DNA from: a virus
Lineage: Duplodnaviria > Caudoviricetes
IMG/VR virus record: IMGVR_UViG_2558860984_000001
Coordinates: 49,570 to 113,569 of that record
Direction: 5' to 3' (one strand)
DNA length: 64,000 bases
Shown: positions 55,380-64,000 of the stretch, piece after piece
How positions within the stretch are numbered: position 1 is the first letter of the stretch
How the letters are laid out: the number at the start of each line of letters is the position of its first letter
Program-made: the position numbers and the translations under genes
Notes under the pieces: generated by a model
What the model was told of the DNA's origin: nothing
Database searches by the model: none
The model's input: only the letters and a program-made list of their open reading frames with translations

Positions 55380-56231
55380 TCACGTCGGCCCGAGCGCGTG
55401 TCGTGCGCGGGCGATGGCCCGGTGTGCATCGGAGCCGTAGAGGGCGGAGTCGCGCAGTGCCTCCCACGCTCTCAGGTGCATTGCGACGGTTTCGGCATCA
55501 TCGAGCCACAGCTCAGCGTGCCACGTCTCGACAATCACCTGCCGGTCGTCGTAGATCCAGAAGCCGACGGCGGGCGGCTGCTTGAGGGTGGCGGCGAAGG
55601 GCACGATGCCCAGCTCGACGGTGTCCAGGCCGATAACGCCGGCGAGCCGGTCCAGTTGGGCGGCCAGCACCGCCGGCGGGCAGAGCAGCGTACGCAGCAC
55701 GCCCTCCCACAACAGAATGTGGTACCGGCGACCGGGCTGGTAGAGCAGTTCCTGTCGCCGTATTCGTGTCCGTACGGCCTCCTCAATGTCGCGGGGCGAG
55801 CGGTGCAGTTCGACAGCGCGGGACAGGACGGCGCGGGCGTAGTCCGGGGTCTGGAGCACGCCGACGATCCACGACGACTCCCACGCACGGAGCACGGAGG
55901 CTTGTGCTTGGGCCTGGTTGTGCGCGTTCTGCACAGGCGCGTGGCCGCCGACGAGTTGGCGGCGCCACGAACGGATGTGGGATTCGAACCCGGCGAGTCG
56001 GGAGCGCAACTCCTGATAGGTCTCCGGCTGGCCGCACGCCTCCGCCCAGGCGCGCAGGTCGTCCGGGGTGGCGGTCTGCTTGCCCAGCTCCAGCTTCGAG
56101 ACCTTCGAGTTGGGCCAGCCGAGCGCGAGAGCTAGGGCGCTACCGGTGAGCCGGCCGTCGGGCGTCGAGTAGCGCAGCTCCCGGAGCCGGGCGCCGAGCG
56201 CTTCGCGGGCCTGCTGGTAATCCGTGCTCAC
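55380..56231 (-). CDS. XRE-family HTH regulator with DUF5753 domain
   Basis: LGARLRELR..SKVSKLELGKQ; G.LQTPDYAR..R..RQ. Confidence 0.9.
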   Translation of the reverse strand: MSTDYQQAREALGARLRELRYSTPDGRLTGSALALALGWPNSKVSKLELGKQTATPDDLRAWAEACGQPETYQELRSRLAGFESHIRSWRRQLVGGHAPVQNAHNQAQAQASVLRAWESSWIVGVLQTPDYARAVLSRAVELHRSPRDIEEAVRTRIRRQELLYQPGRRYHILLWEGVLRTLLCPPAVLAAQLDRLAGVIGLDTVELGIVPFAATLKQPPAVGFWIYDDRQVIVETWHAELWLDDAETVAMHLRAWEALRDSALYGSDAHRAIARARHALGPT

Positions 56232-56246
56232 CGGCGCCCACCCGCT

Positions 56247-57002
56247 CTACGCCTCCATGCCGGCCAGGCGCTCGGCGAACTCCGAGTAAGGCGTGGCGTA
56301 GTGCAGTGCGATGTCACGAAGTCGGTTGTACTGGTTGACGCGCGCCGGCTCGGTAATCAGCTCGGCGCCCGTGAGCTGGTCGTCGGTGTCGAAGAGGCAC
56401 AGGGCGACGATATGCGAATCGAAGATCCAGAAGTCCTTCGACGGCAGGTTCACCCGCTCGGCGTCCGCCCGCCACATGTTGCGGACGTCTTCGCCAAGGG
56501 CGGCGTTCTTCTCGGAGTACGCCAGCAGGAACCGCTGCCCGGTGGTGGGCGGGTTGTCGAGGATCCTCACCCGGCCCACGTACGCGCCGTCCTGGGTCTT
56601 GGCTCTGATGGTGCGGCCCCACGGGGTGTCGAGGTCCCACGTCGGCGTCAGGCCGGCGATGAACTGTTTCCAGTCGTCGCCTTGTTCGTCGACCGCGTAG
56701 CGCTGGCGCATCTCCAGGTGCCACGCGGAGTGCAGGAAGTTGTCGAAGAGGCGGCTGAACTGCTCCGGGTTGAGGATGCGCGGCTCCTCGTCGCGGGTCT
56801 TCGGGCCGAAGTCGATCAGGGTGTTCCTCGGGATGACGACCGGCACCTCGTCCTCGTCCAGGTGCTGTAACTGGGCGAGGGCTTCGGGGTCGGTAAGCCG
56901 GGGCCCGTGGACGATGATCTCGCCGCTGTCAAGGTCTTCGTGCACGGCGGGGCAACTGCCCTCACCGCTGCCGGTGCCGTTGAAGCGCAGCCGTCGAGCC
57001 AT
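56247..57002 (-). CDS. DUF6879 family protein
   Basis: SCPAVHED N-terminus; AWHLEMR..Y, RVRI, GEDVR, DFWIFD. Confidence 0.85.
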   Translation of the reverse strand: MARRLRFNGTGSGEGSCPAVHEDLDSGEIIVHGPRLTDPEALAQLQHLDEDEVPVVIPRNTLIDFGPKTRDEEPRILNPEQFSRLFDNFLHSAWHLEMRQRYAVDEQGDDWKQFIAGLTPTWDLDTPWGRTIRAKTQDGAYVGRVRILDNPPTTGQRFLLAYSEKNAALGEDVRNMWRADAERVNLPSKDFWIFDSHIVALCLFDTDDQLTGAELITEPARVNQYNRLRDIALHYATPYSEFAERLAGMEA

Positions 57003-57176
57003 GGCGGATCCTCTCTCTCGCGGGAGCTGATCACCCCAGCATCACAAGGGCGCACACCCTCGGCCACAGCGTGCTACCACCTTCGTGAGAAAAAACGAGG
57101 GAAGCAAGAACAAGGCTGAGAAAAATCGCGAAAACCGCCTCGTTCCCTGCGGCTCTCCACTCCTACGGTGCGGGGC

Positions 57177-57404
57177 ATGGCAACTACCCCGGCGGCCGAC
57201 CCGTACATGGCTGTGGAACAGCTCCGCGACGCGCTCACCCAGGCGGACATAGTCCTGCCGTCGCTCGCCGTCGACCCGGCCTCGCCCAGCCTCCGGCTCG
57301 TCTGCCTCGGCCGCGTACGAGCCGACGTGGCGGTGAAGCTCGCCAGAGCGATCAGCGATGGAGGTGAGCGCGATGGGCAGTGCCGCGCTGCCGCCCCCAC
57401 CTGA
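57177..57404 (+). CDS. small hypothetical protein (partner of XRE/DUF5753 loci)
   Basis: LRDAL...IVLPSL.VD...LV.LGRVRADVA. Confidence 0.7.
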   Translation: MATTPAADPYMAVEQLRDALTQADIVLPSLAVDPASPSLRLVCLGRVRADVAVKLARAISDGGERDGQCRAAAPT

Positions 57405-57558
57405 GCGCCCCCGGATGATCCTGCGGGTCTCCCACGACAGCGGGCGCACCTTCGGACGCCCGAAGCGCTTCTACACCCGCGACTGCGAGCCGCCGCCGCT
57501 CAACGGCTGCATGCCACCGTGCGCGTGCCCGCGCTGCCGCCCGAGGAAGGCGCGATGA
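57373..57558 (+). CDS. small Cys-tail hypothetical protein
   Basis: GGAGGTG RBS; LRVSHDSGRTF..PPCACPRC. Confidence 0.6.
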   Translation: MGSAALPPPPERPRMILRVSHDSGRTFGRPKRFYTRDCEPPPLNGCMPPCACPRCRPRKAR

Positions 57559-57832
57559 CCACCGCCCGGCCGCTGGCCCCCTACGCAACCGCATGCACTG
57601 GTGGAAAACCGCCCGTCCGAGCCGGTATCCGCCGCCGCAGATGACCCTGACCTCCGCCTCGGGGCCGCAGCAACGGACGGCCGCCGCCCCGAGGCGGGCC
57701 CGTGTCTGGTCGGCAACGTAGCCGCCGGCCGGACGCGGAGGCCCCCGCCTGCCGCCGCTTGCCGCTGGGCAGGCGGGGCGGCGCACCACCGCCCCGGGCG
57801 GCCCGGGGCGCCCTTGAGAGGAGGCACCAACC

Positions 57833-57958
57833 ATGCACCTCCCGGCCCTGAAGACGCTCACCCCCGCCGTATGCGGCGACCCGGGCGATAAGGACGACAA
57901 CACCGACATCGAGGACGGCGACGGCGGAGGCGGCAACCCGTCCCCCGGCCACCGCTGA
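57833..57958 (+). CDS. 41-aa acidic peptide (absent from ORF track)
   Basis: GAGGAGG RBS; MHLPALKTLTPAVCGDPGDKDDNTDIEDGDGGGGNPSPGHR. Confidence 0.5.
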   Translation: MHLPALKTLTPAVCGDPGDKDDNTDIEDGDGGGGNPSPGHR

Positions 57959-58027
57959 AATCCCCGGAAACGCCAGCCCCAGCGGCTACGGTGCCGCGGG
58001 GGCCGGCCCGGAACCGACAGGAGCACC

Positions 58028-58498
58028 ATGGGCAGCGAGCAGACCGGCACCGGCCGCGTCACCGTCTTCCCGCTCACCCACCACTGGCCCGACCGCCGCT
58101 GCCTGCTCGCCTACACCACCACCGGCGACTTCGGCACCACCGCGATCGTCGGAGTCCTCCCGGTACCGGAGCTGGAGCACCCCGAACTCCTGGCCATCGC
58201 CGCCGACCACCACCCCCAGGGCCTCTACGGCTCCCGCAGCGGACACGAAGACGCCTGCGCCGGCTGGGTGATCTGCACCGGCTGGTCCGCCCGCATCGGC
58301 GGATCCGGCCCCCGCCTCGACCTCACCAACACCGGCTGGAGCCTGCGCCTGGACCGCCGCATCGAACTGGCCAAGCAGATGTACGGCCACGACACCCTGC
58401 ACACCGGCACCTTCGCCCTCGATGACAGCGTCCTGATGGAACAGGCCCGCCAACTCGTCCGCAGACCGCCCGGTCTTAGCGCAGTTGGAGGGCCATGA
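58028..58498 (+). CDS. hypothetical protein
   Basis: AGGAG RBS; high GC3. Confidence 0.65.
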   Translation: MGSEQTGTGRVTVFPLTHHWPDRRCLLAYTTTGDFGTTAIVGVLPVPELEHPELLAIAADHHPQGLYGSRSGHEDACAGWVICTGWSARIGGSGPRLDLTNTGWSLRLDRRIELAKQMYGHDTLHTGTFALDDSVLMEQARQLVRRPPGLSAVGGP

Positions 58499-58964
58499 CG
58501 TCGTAGAGAGGGGCGTCAGGGAAAGGCAGCTTCTCACCGACCTGTTGGTAGCCCCAGCGTTCGTACATTGCCCGAAGCCTCGGCCGCTCGCGGCGGACCA
58601 GAAGCTCAGCTCGCTCCTCCTGGCGGTGGCGCATTAGTTCATCGTGCATGATCTTGGAAACGCCGCGACCCCGCCACTCCTCGCGGAGCATGTTCTCGCA
58701 TAGCTTGAATGTGGTGGGGTCATTGCGGGCGGTGAAGCCGTAGGTGAAGCCCGCGGGGGCGCTCTCGACTTCGGCGATGACGCAGCCCCAGCCGCCAGCC
58801 GAGGTGTGCGCGGTCAGCCGCTCCTGGAACCTGTCCATGGAGAAGAACGGGTCGGTGGCGATGTCTTCGGCGTAGACCTCCGCGTAGATGCGGAGGATTG
58901 TCTTGCGGATCTCCTCCAACTGGTCAGCCGTGTAGTGGTCGGTCGTCAGAAGATCCACGGTCAT
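58476..58964 (-). CDS. GNAT N-acetyltransferase
   Basis: GFTYG, EEWRGRGVS, AMYERWGY. Confidence 0.85.
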   Translation of the reverse strand: MTVDLLTTDHYTADQLEEIRKTILRIYAEVYAEDIATDPFFSMDRFQERLTAHTSAGGWGCVIAEVESAPAGFTYGFTARNDPTTFKLCENMLREEWRGRGVSKIMHDELMRHRQEERAELLVRRERPRLRAMYERWGYQQVGEKLPFPDAPLYDVMALQLR

Positions 58965-60238
58965 TCAGCCACCGCCTCGTATCGTTCGGAGAAGTCCGTG
59001 GCGCCAGGCACGCTGGCTTCGAGCAGATTGTCCCGCAGTTCCTTCACACGCATGGTGATGCGCGGGCTTTCCACGTCCGACATGAGGTCGAGCGCCTTGT
59101 CGCCGGAGGCGATGGCCTCGTCGGGCTCGCCAGCGGACAGCAGGCAACGGCCAAGCCGGGCGTGGGCGGCGAGCTGGTTGCGCCGTAGCGCGGTGGCCTG
59201 GATCACCGATAGGGCTTCACGTGCGGCATCGACCGACTTCGCGTGCTGGCCGAGGTTGCGGTAGCACAGCGAAGCTGCACTGTGGACCTCGCCGGGGTTG
59301 TAGAAGTGGAGCCAGCTCTGGTCGCTGGGGCCGCGGTCATACTCCTGCTCGGCGCGGAGCAGCGACCTTCCGCACCAGCCGGCCTCGCCTTGGAGGGAAT
59401 GCCCCTGCGCGACGCGAGTGTGGAGCAACGAGGACAGCCGTCCGTCGCGGCGCCCGCGGGTCTCATCCAGGGCAGCGCGAGCGATCGACACGGCCTCGCC
59501 ACTGTGCCCGAGGTGGTACGCCTGGTGGGACATGGAGGACCAGATGCGGGCCTGGAGTTGCTTGTCGCGGGCTAGCAAGGCGTAGCGGAGTCCCGCATCC
59601 CACCAGCGGCGTGCGCCCGCCTGCTGCTTGGCGTCGAACGCGAACCAGCCGGCGCTACACGCCATGCCGCCGAGGGCCTGGTAGAGGGCCGTCTGCACCT
59701 GGCTCCCGTAAGTGCAGCGGCGGGCAGAGTGCTCGACGTAATCGATGTAACGGGCTGCGGCTCCGACGACTTGGGTGCCGCCGTACTGGTCATCGAGATG
59801 GTGGAGCTTGACCAGCGTGGTGTGGATGCGGCCGACATCGGTCATGCCCAGGCGCCCCGATTCAGGCAGCGTGGGCAGAGCGAGCATGCTGCCTGTCAAG
59901 CCGAGGACGAAGGTACGACGTTCCACAGGCGGTTCCTGATTCTGAGCGGGTGCTGACGTTCGCACAGTACGCCCGCGCAACGCCGATTGGGGAGGCTGGA
60001 ACCCGAGTTGTTCCGCAGGCCGACCCAGGACGTGTTCGAGTGGTATGCGGCTGTAGTCCCGCGGCCAAGCCACCTCGCCGCGCAACCACAGACCGATGAG
60101 TTGCACGCTGCAACTACCGCGGACGCCGGTCAATCGCTCAGCAGCATCGTTGATGGCTTCGGCCAGGCCAGCAAGGGTGTACCCGTGCTCCTTGATGGCT
60201 GCGCGCAAGTCGTGGTTCGGCGGTAAGGGCATCGGCAT
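58961..60238 (-). CDS. XRE-HTH / TPR transcriptional regulator (NsdA-like)
   Basis: GGAGG RBS; N-terminal HTH, VERRTF, LDDQYGG, AGWFAFD; coupled to GNAT gene. Confidence 0.85.
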   Translation of the reverse strand: MPMPLPPNHDLRAAIKEHGYTLAGLAEAINDAAERLTGVRGSCSVQLIGLWLRGEVAWPRDYSRIPLEHVLGRPAEQLGFQPPQSALRGRTVRTSAPAQNQEPPVERRTFVLGLTGSMLALPTLPESGRLGMTDVGRIHTTLVKLHHLDDQYGGTQVVGAAARYIDYVEHSARRCTYGSQVQTALYQALGGMACSAGWFAFDAKQQAGARRWWDAGLRYALLARDKQLQARIWSSMSHQAYHLGHSGEAVSIARAALDETRGRRDGRLSSLLHTRVAQGHSLQGEAGWCGRSLLRAEQEYDRGPSDQSWLHFYNPGEVHSAASLCYRNLGQHAKSVDAAREALSVIQATALRRNQLAAHARLGRCLLSAGEPDEAIASGDKALDLMSDVESPRITMRVKELRDNLLEASVPGATDFSERYEAVAE

Positions 60239-60303
60239 CGACTCCTCCACGGTGACCCCGAAACACAGTAACGGGACGATCACCGACCGTGGACCTCGCA
60301 GCG

Positions 60304-60372
60304 CGAAGTTTGCAGGTGCCGTGAAGTAAGTCCCTCGTGGCACGAAGTTTGCGGGTCCCGTGAAGTAAGTCC
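60304..60372. repeat. two 30-bp direct repeats, 39-bp period
   Basis: CGAAGTTTGCRGGTSCCGTGAAGTAAGTCC at 60304 and 60343 in the divergent promoter region. Confidence 0.8.
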
Positions 60373-60450
60373 TAGGCGGAGTTGGCTTTTTCGCATCGCC
60401 TGTAACGCGCGACGGTGGCATTGCCAGCTCGTAGACATGCGGAGCCCTCG

Positions 60451-61005
60451 ATGCCGAACGACTTCCCCGACGCCTCAGAGCGCTTGGACCCGGATAAGCC
60501 ACCCAGCGATACGTCTGTCGTCCTGGTCGACATCTCCACCGTCGCGGAGACGATCCGGAAGACGAGGATGCGTCTCGCGGCTCCGGCCGAGAAGGCCATT
60601 CGAGAGCTTGTCGAGCAGCTTCTGGAGCACACCGCCCTGCTGATGCATCAGAACCTCGGTCCAGATGACGACGGGCTGAAGGCACTTCGCGAGCGGGCGG
60701 AGGAGTGCTCCACTACCCGCCTCCCGGATCTGGTGGACAGGGAGGCCCGAGCCGCGGCGTGGAAGCAGGTGCAGCACGTCGCCAACGTCACCGAGGAACT
60801 GCTCGCCCGCTGGTGCCAGGTCGACACCAGCGAAGGCGACTACGAGCTCCGCACCGAGGACGACGAGGACGGCTACTACGTGTGGGACATCGCCAGCCGC
60901 AGCCGCGCCTCACTCCGGAATCTGCGCGGGAGCCGTCCAACCACTCATATGCCCCTCGAAGCAGCGTGGCAGCTAACCCGCCGTCTCAACGAGAAGGCCA
61001 GGTGA
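60451..61005 (+). CDS. hypothetical protein
   Basis: GGAG RBS; ATG 60451. Confidence 0.65.
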   Translation: MPNDFPDASERLDPDKPPSDTSVVLVDISTVAETIRKTRMRLAAPAEKAIRELVEQLLEHTALLMHQNLGPDDDGLKALRERAEECSTTRLPDLVDREARAAAWKQVQHVANVTEELLARWCQVDTSEGDYELRTEDDEDGYYVWDIASRSRASLRNLRGSRPTTHMPLEAAWQLTRRLNEKAR

Positions 61006-61010
61006 GGACG

Positions 61011-61283
61011 ATGGCCGCAGCGACCAGGACCCTCGGTATGGGGCACCAACCCCACCCGTTTCTGGACCGCTTGGTTGTCGACACCGAGCACGACGGACGT
61101 GTCGGTGTTCTGCGGGCTGTGGCGCCTGACGTGGACGACATCCGGCTGGAGCCGATCTTACGAGTGCCGGAGGCGCCGCCGGTGGCGTGGCTCGTGCCGC
61201 CTGCTGGGGGACGGGAGTGGACGACCAGCTTGACCGCGATCGAGGAGGTACACGGTGGCGACGCCACATTGCGCGCTTCGTGA
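61011..61283 (+). CDS. hypothetical protein
   Basis: GAGG RBS; VVDT..RVGVL..AWL.P..GGREW. Confidence 0.65.
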   Translation: MAAATRTLGMGHQPHPFLDRLVVDTEHDGRVGVLRAVAPDVDDIRLEPILRVPEAPPVAWLVPPAGGREWTTSLTAIEEVHGGDATLRAS

Positions 61284-61357
61284 GCGCGTCTTCGAGCCCG
61301 GTTACCGGGGGCCGGCGGGCTGGGTGCCGGAGCCGGTGGCGGCTGGGGAGGGTAGTC

Positions 61358-61552
61358 ATGGTGTGTGAGCATGTTCCGCCGTGTCCGTCTGCGGAGGCGT
61401 CCGACCGGGAGGCGGCCAGGAGCCTCGTGCGCCGCTTCGAGCAGGGGTGGACCCGGCTGTGCAACGGGGTGCTTGCGTTCGATGACACCGGCGAGCTGCT
61501 TCCCGACGGCAGCGTCATCCGCCCGCACCGAGCCGCCAAGGGGGTGTCATGA
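61358..61552 (+). CDS. DUF5999 family protein
   Basis: MVCEHVPPCPSA..EQGW..LCNGV..FDDTGELLPDG. Confidence 0.85.
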   Translation: MVCEHVPPCPSAEASDREAARSLVRRFEQGWTRLCNGVLAFDDTGELLPDGSVIRPHRAAKGVS

Positions 61553-62244
61553 CCTCCCGGGAGACGCGCTACCAGCAGGGTGTGCGGGTGCCGGCGATCG
61601 CTCCGTGGCGCGGCGAGGACCCCCTCCCTGGCCCCGTGACGCGGCGATGGCTTCCCTTCCTCGGCGGCGAAGGGCTCGGGTACGAGGACGAGCAGCCGGC
61701 GGACCGGCATCGCGGCCTGCTGTGGAAGCGGTTCGGCGAGGCCGAGGGCAAAGGGCGCGCGCGGATCGGACTCGTGCACGCTCCGCGTCAGCGGCAGATG
61801 ATGAACGAGAAGCGGTGCCAGGTCTGTTTCGAACCGGCCGCGGTCGCGGGGGAGCCGCTGCTGTTCCTTGTCGCCGGTAAGCGGCCCATCGCCAACGGTG
61901 AGCGCATGACTCAGCCTCCGGTCCACGAGGAGTGCGCTGACGAGGCCGTGCGCGACTGCCCCCATCTGGCGGACGCCTACTCCGCCGCGTTGGTGCGGCG
62001 CGCGTCGAGCTGGGGGGTCGCTGGGATGCTCTACCACCCGGACACGCTGAAGCCGATCCCCAGTGGGCAGAAGAACGGGTTGACGTTCGTCCCGTACAAC
62101 GGCGAGCCGGTGCAGTTGCGGTGGACGCTGGCGGTGCAGGAGGTCATCACCGTCCACGACTGCACGGCCGTACGTCTGGACGAACTTCCCACCGAGGCCG
62201 CGGGCGCCCGCCGCTTGGAGCCCGGGAAGGGAGCTGCCCGGTGA
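61549..62244 (+). CDS. hypothetical Zn-binding protein
   Basis: H..RQR..M..CQVC..PPVH..CA...CPHL; ATGA coupling. Confidence 0.75.
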   Translation: MTSRETRYQQGVRVPAIAPWRGEDPLPGPVTRRWLPFLGGEGLGYEDEQPADRHRGLLWKRFGEAEGKGRARIGLVHAPRQRQMMNEKRCQVCFEPAAVAGEPLLFLVAGKRPIANGERMTQPPVHEECADEAVRDCPHLADAYSAALVRRASSWGVAGMLYHPDTLKPIPSGQKNGLTFVPYNGEPVQLRWTLAVQEVITVHDCTAVRLDELPTEAAGARRLEPGKGAAR

Positions 62245-62631
62245 TCGAAGTCCCGCTCGCCGTGCGGTTCGGTCACCGGGGTGTGCCGGACGGGGAGGTC
62301 ACGCTGTCGCGTGGCGATCTGACGGTCGCCTGGGCCCCGGCGGCTCACCAGACGCGCGGCTGCACGGCTGTTGAGCCGGTTGCGGGCCGTCGCAGACCCT
62401 GACTCCCGCCCCCTGGCTGGCCCTGGACAGCGGCCAGGGGGCGGGTCAAGAGCCCCGCCCGCTGTTGCGCCGGCTCCGGCGGGCGGGGTCCCGGATGCGT
62501 CCGCCGCTGACGGGGGCGGCGGACGCTCCCCATCAGCCCCGGCCGCGACCTCCCCCGGCGCGGCCGGGGTGCCGACCCAGTGATCAATGCCGTCTCGACA
62601 TCCACGAGATAAAGGAGATAAAGGAGATATC

Positions 62632-63435
62632 GTGTCGTTATATGTTGACCCAGGTCGGATCTTCACCGGAACCGCTGCCTTCTATCGCGTCCGGCCGGGC
62701 TACCCGGACGAGCTGCTGGACCGCGTTGCCCAACTAGCCGGTGGTGAGCCCGGTGTCCGGGTGCTCGACCTCGGCACCGGTACCGGCGTCGTCGCACGTC
62801 CCCTGGCCGCCCGCGGCCTGGACGTGCTCGCGGTGGACCCCTGCCGCGAGATGCTGGAGGAGGGCCGCCGCCTGGCGGCGGCCGACGGCCAGGTGATCGA
62901 GTGGCACGAGGGCACCGCCGAGGACCTCCCGACCGACCTGGGGCCGTTCTCACTGGCCGTCATCGGGGATGCCTTCCACTGGATGGACCGCGGCCGGGTG
63001 CTGCGCGTACTGCACGAACTCATCGCGCCGGGCGGGTGCGTGGCGCTGCTGTCGCACCGCTGGCCCGGATACCCCAAGCCGTCCTGGACCCCCGTCCTGG
63101 AGAAGGTTCGCATCCGGCACCTGGGCCTGAACCGGATTGCGGGACCGACCGGAGAATTCACCCGGCCGCAGACGGATCATGAGGGCGTTTTCCGTGACTC
63201 GGACTTCGGACACCTGACTCGGATCACGACCGATTACCTCATTGATGTCGGACTTGACGACCTCGTTCGCTGGCAGTGGTCCCAGGTCCACTCCTCGGCA
63301 GCACTGCTGGGGGAGGGGCAGGCGGCGTATGAGGCCGACCTTCGAGCCTCGCTGCGTGCCTGGGAGCCGGCCGAGCGGTTCCGCGAAGTCAGCCAGGCCC
63401 ACCTGCTGATCGGGCAGCGCGGAGGCGAACGGTGA
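62632..63435 (+). CDS. class I SAM-dependent methyltransferase
   Basis: AAGGAG RBS; RPGYP, VLDLGTGTG, VDP..EML, AFHWMD, PGG. Confidence 0.9.
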   Translation: MSLYVDPGRIFTGTAAFYRVRPGYPDELLDRVAQLAGGEPGVRVLDLGTGTGVVARPLAARGLDVLAVDPCREMLEEGRRLAAADGQVIEWHEGTAEDLPTDLGPFSLAVIGDAFHWMDRGRVLRVLHELIAPGGCVALLSHRWPGYPKPSWTPVLEKVRIRHLGLNRIAGPTGEFTRPQTDHEGVFRDSDFGHLTRITTDYLIDVGLDDLVRWQWSQVHSSAALLGEGQAAYEADLRASLRAWEPAERFREVSQAHLLIGQRGGER

Positions 63436-63760
63436 GCCGCCACAAGCAGCAGGACCTGGGGCAGGACGCGATCGGCTTTGGCCTGTGGCCGTTCGTCTGG
63501 CTCGCCGTTGCCGTGATCGCCACCTTCCTCCTCGTGCTGACAGGCGCAGCACCCGGAAGCTAGCCCACCGCACCGATTCCGGCACGCGGGGCCGCACGAA
63601 GGCGTTCGCTGCCGGCCGTCTACGGGACCGTCGGCGGGCACCACGGCGTGGGGGCGCCCCATGACCGAGTCAGGAACAGGGGACCGCCGGAGTGCCCTGG
63701 TGAAAAGACGGTTCCCATCTCACACCGACAAACCTGTTTCATCCGACGCAAGGAGACCTC

Positions 63761-64000
63761 GTGTCAACAGCCCTCCGCATTCCGCTTGTCCTGGACAGGT
63801 TCACCCCCACGGCAGATGTCCCCGCGGATGTCGCCGCGCCCGGCGAACGCTTCGACTCCACGCTCCAGGTGACCGTCCGAGCGGACGGCACCCCGCGATC
63901 CGCCGGCACCTACCAGCGCAGCCACACCTGTAACGGCATCACGACTGCCGCCGAATCGGCGACTATGGACGTCCGGCCCGATGGGGCAGACCTGTGCTAG
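63761..64000 (+). CDS. putative ATP-grasp-modified RiPP (graspetide) precursor
   Basis: AAGGAG RBS; leader-like FDSTLQVTVRADGTP; Thr/Ser-rich then Asp-rich core. Confidence 0.5.
   Translation: MSTALRIPLVLDRFTPTADVPADVAAPGERFDSTLQVTVRADGTPRSAGTYQRSHTCNGITTAAESATMDVRPDGADLC

Noticed and set aside
60304-60372. Possible mini-CRISPR array
   Set aside because: Only two repeats with a 9-bp spacer and no cas genes
62606-62630. GAGATAAAG tandem repeat ending in T7-like AAGGAGATAT, a possible vector trace
   Set aside because: No other vector sequence; better explained as a short duplication around the natural RBS
1-64000. Integrase, att sites, tRNA, rRNA, contractile sheath
   Set aside because: No recognisable motifs seen

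Overview
This window is high-GC actinobacterial (Streptomyces-like) DNA carrying a nearly complete siphovirus-type morphogenesis and lysis module at about 16.7-54.6 kb. The module includes terminases, portal, a MuF/2H-phosphoesterase/protease fusion, major capsid, very Cys-rich head and tail proteins, tail tube, frameshifted tail chaperones, tape measure, GH25 lysin and a holin-like gene. Upstream (1-16.7 kb) is a plasmid-like early/anti-restriction region: DUF3560, two ParB-like proteins, N6 and C5 DNA methyltransferases, a PAPS-reductase-like protein and an intein-containing MTase/GNAT-like fusion. Downstream are accessory regulators, a SAM methyltransferase and a probable graspetide precursor. 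No integrase, tRNA, rRNA or CRISPR array is visible. The layout recalls Streptomyces plasmid-phages (pZL12/SCP1-like), which is an inference from memory and not a search result. The most notable signals are: (1) a 20-bp leader motif repeated about 10 times upstream of late genes, usually just after a TANNNT hexamer; (2) a candidate virion-modification system with a GT2-like enzyme, a Stealth-like enzyme and a nitroreductase inside the structural operon, plus a recurring [ED]SPG[ED] tag and C-terminal Ser on virion proteins; (3) an Acb1-like 2H domain inside a head polyprotein with nested translation starts; (4) DNA-modification enzymes carrying beta-clamp-type motifs; (5) a repeated 16-bp palindromic operator or parS candidate.
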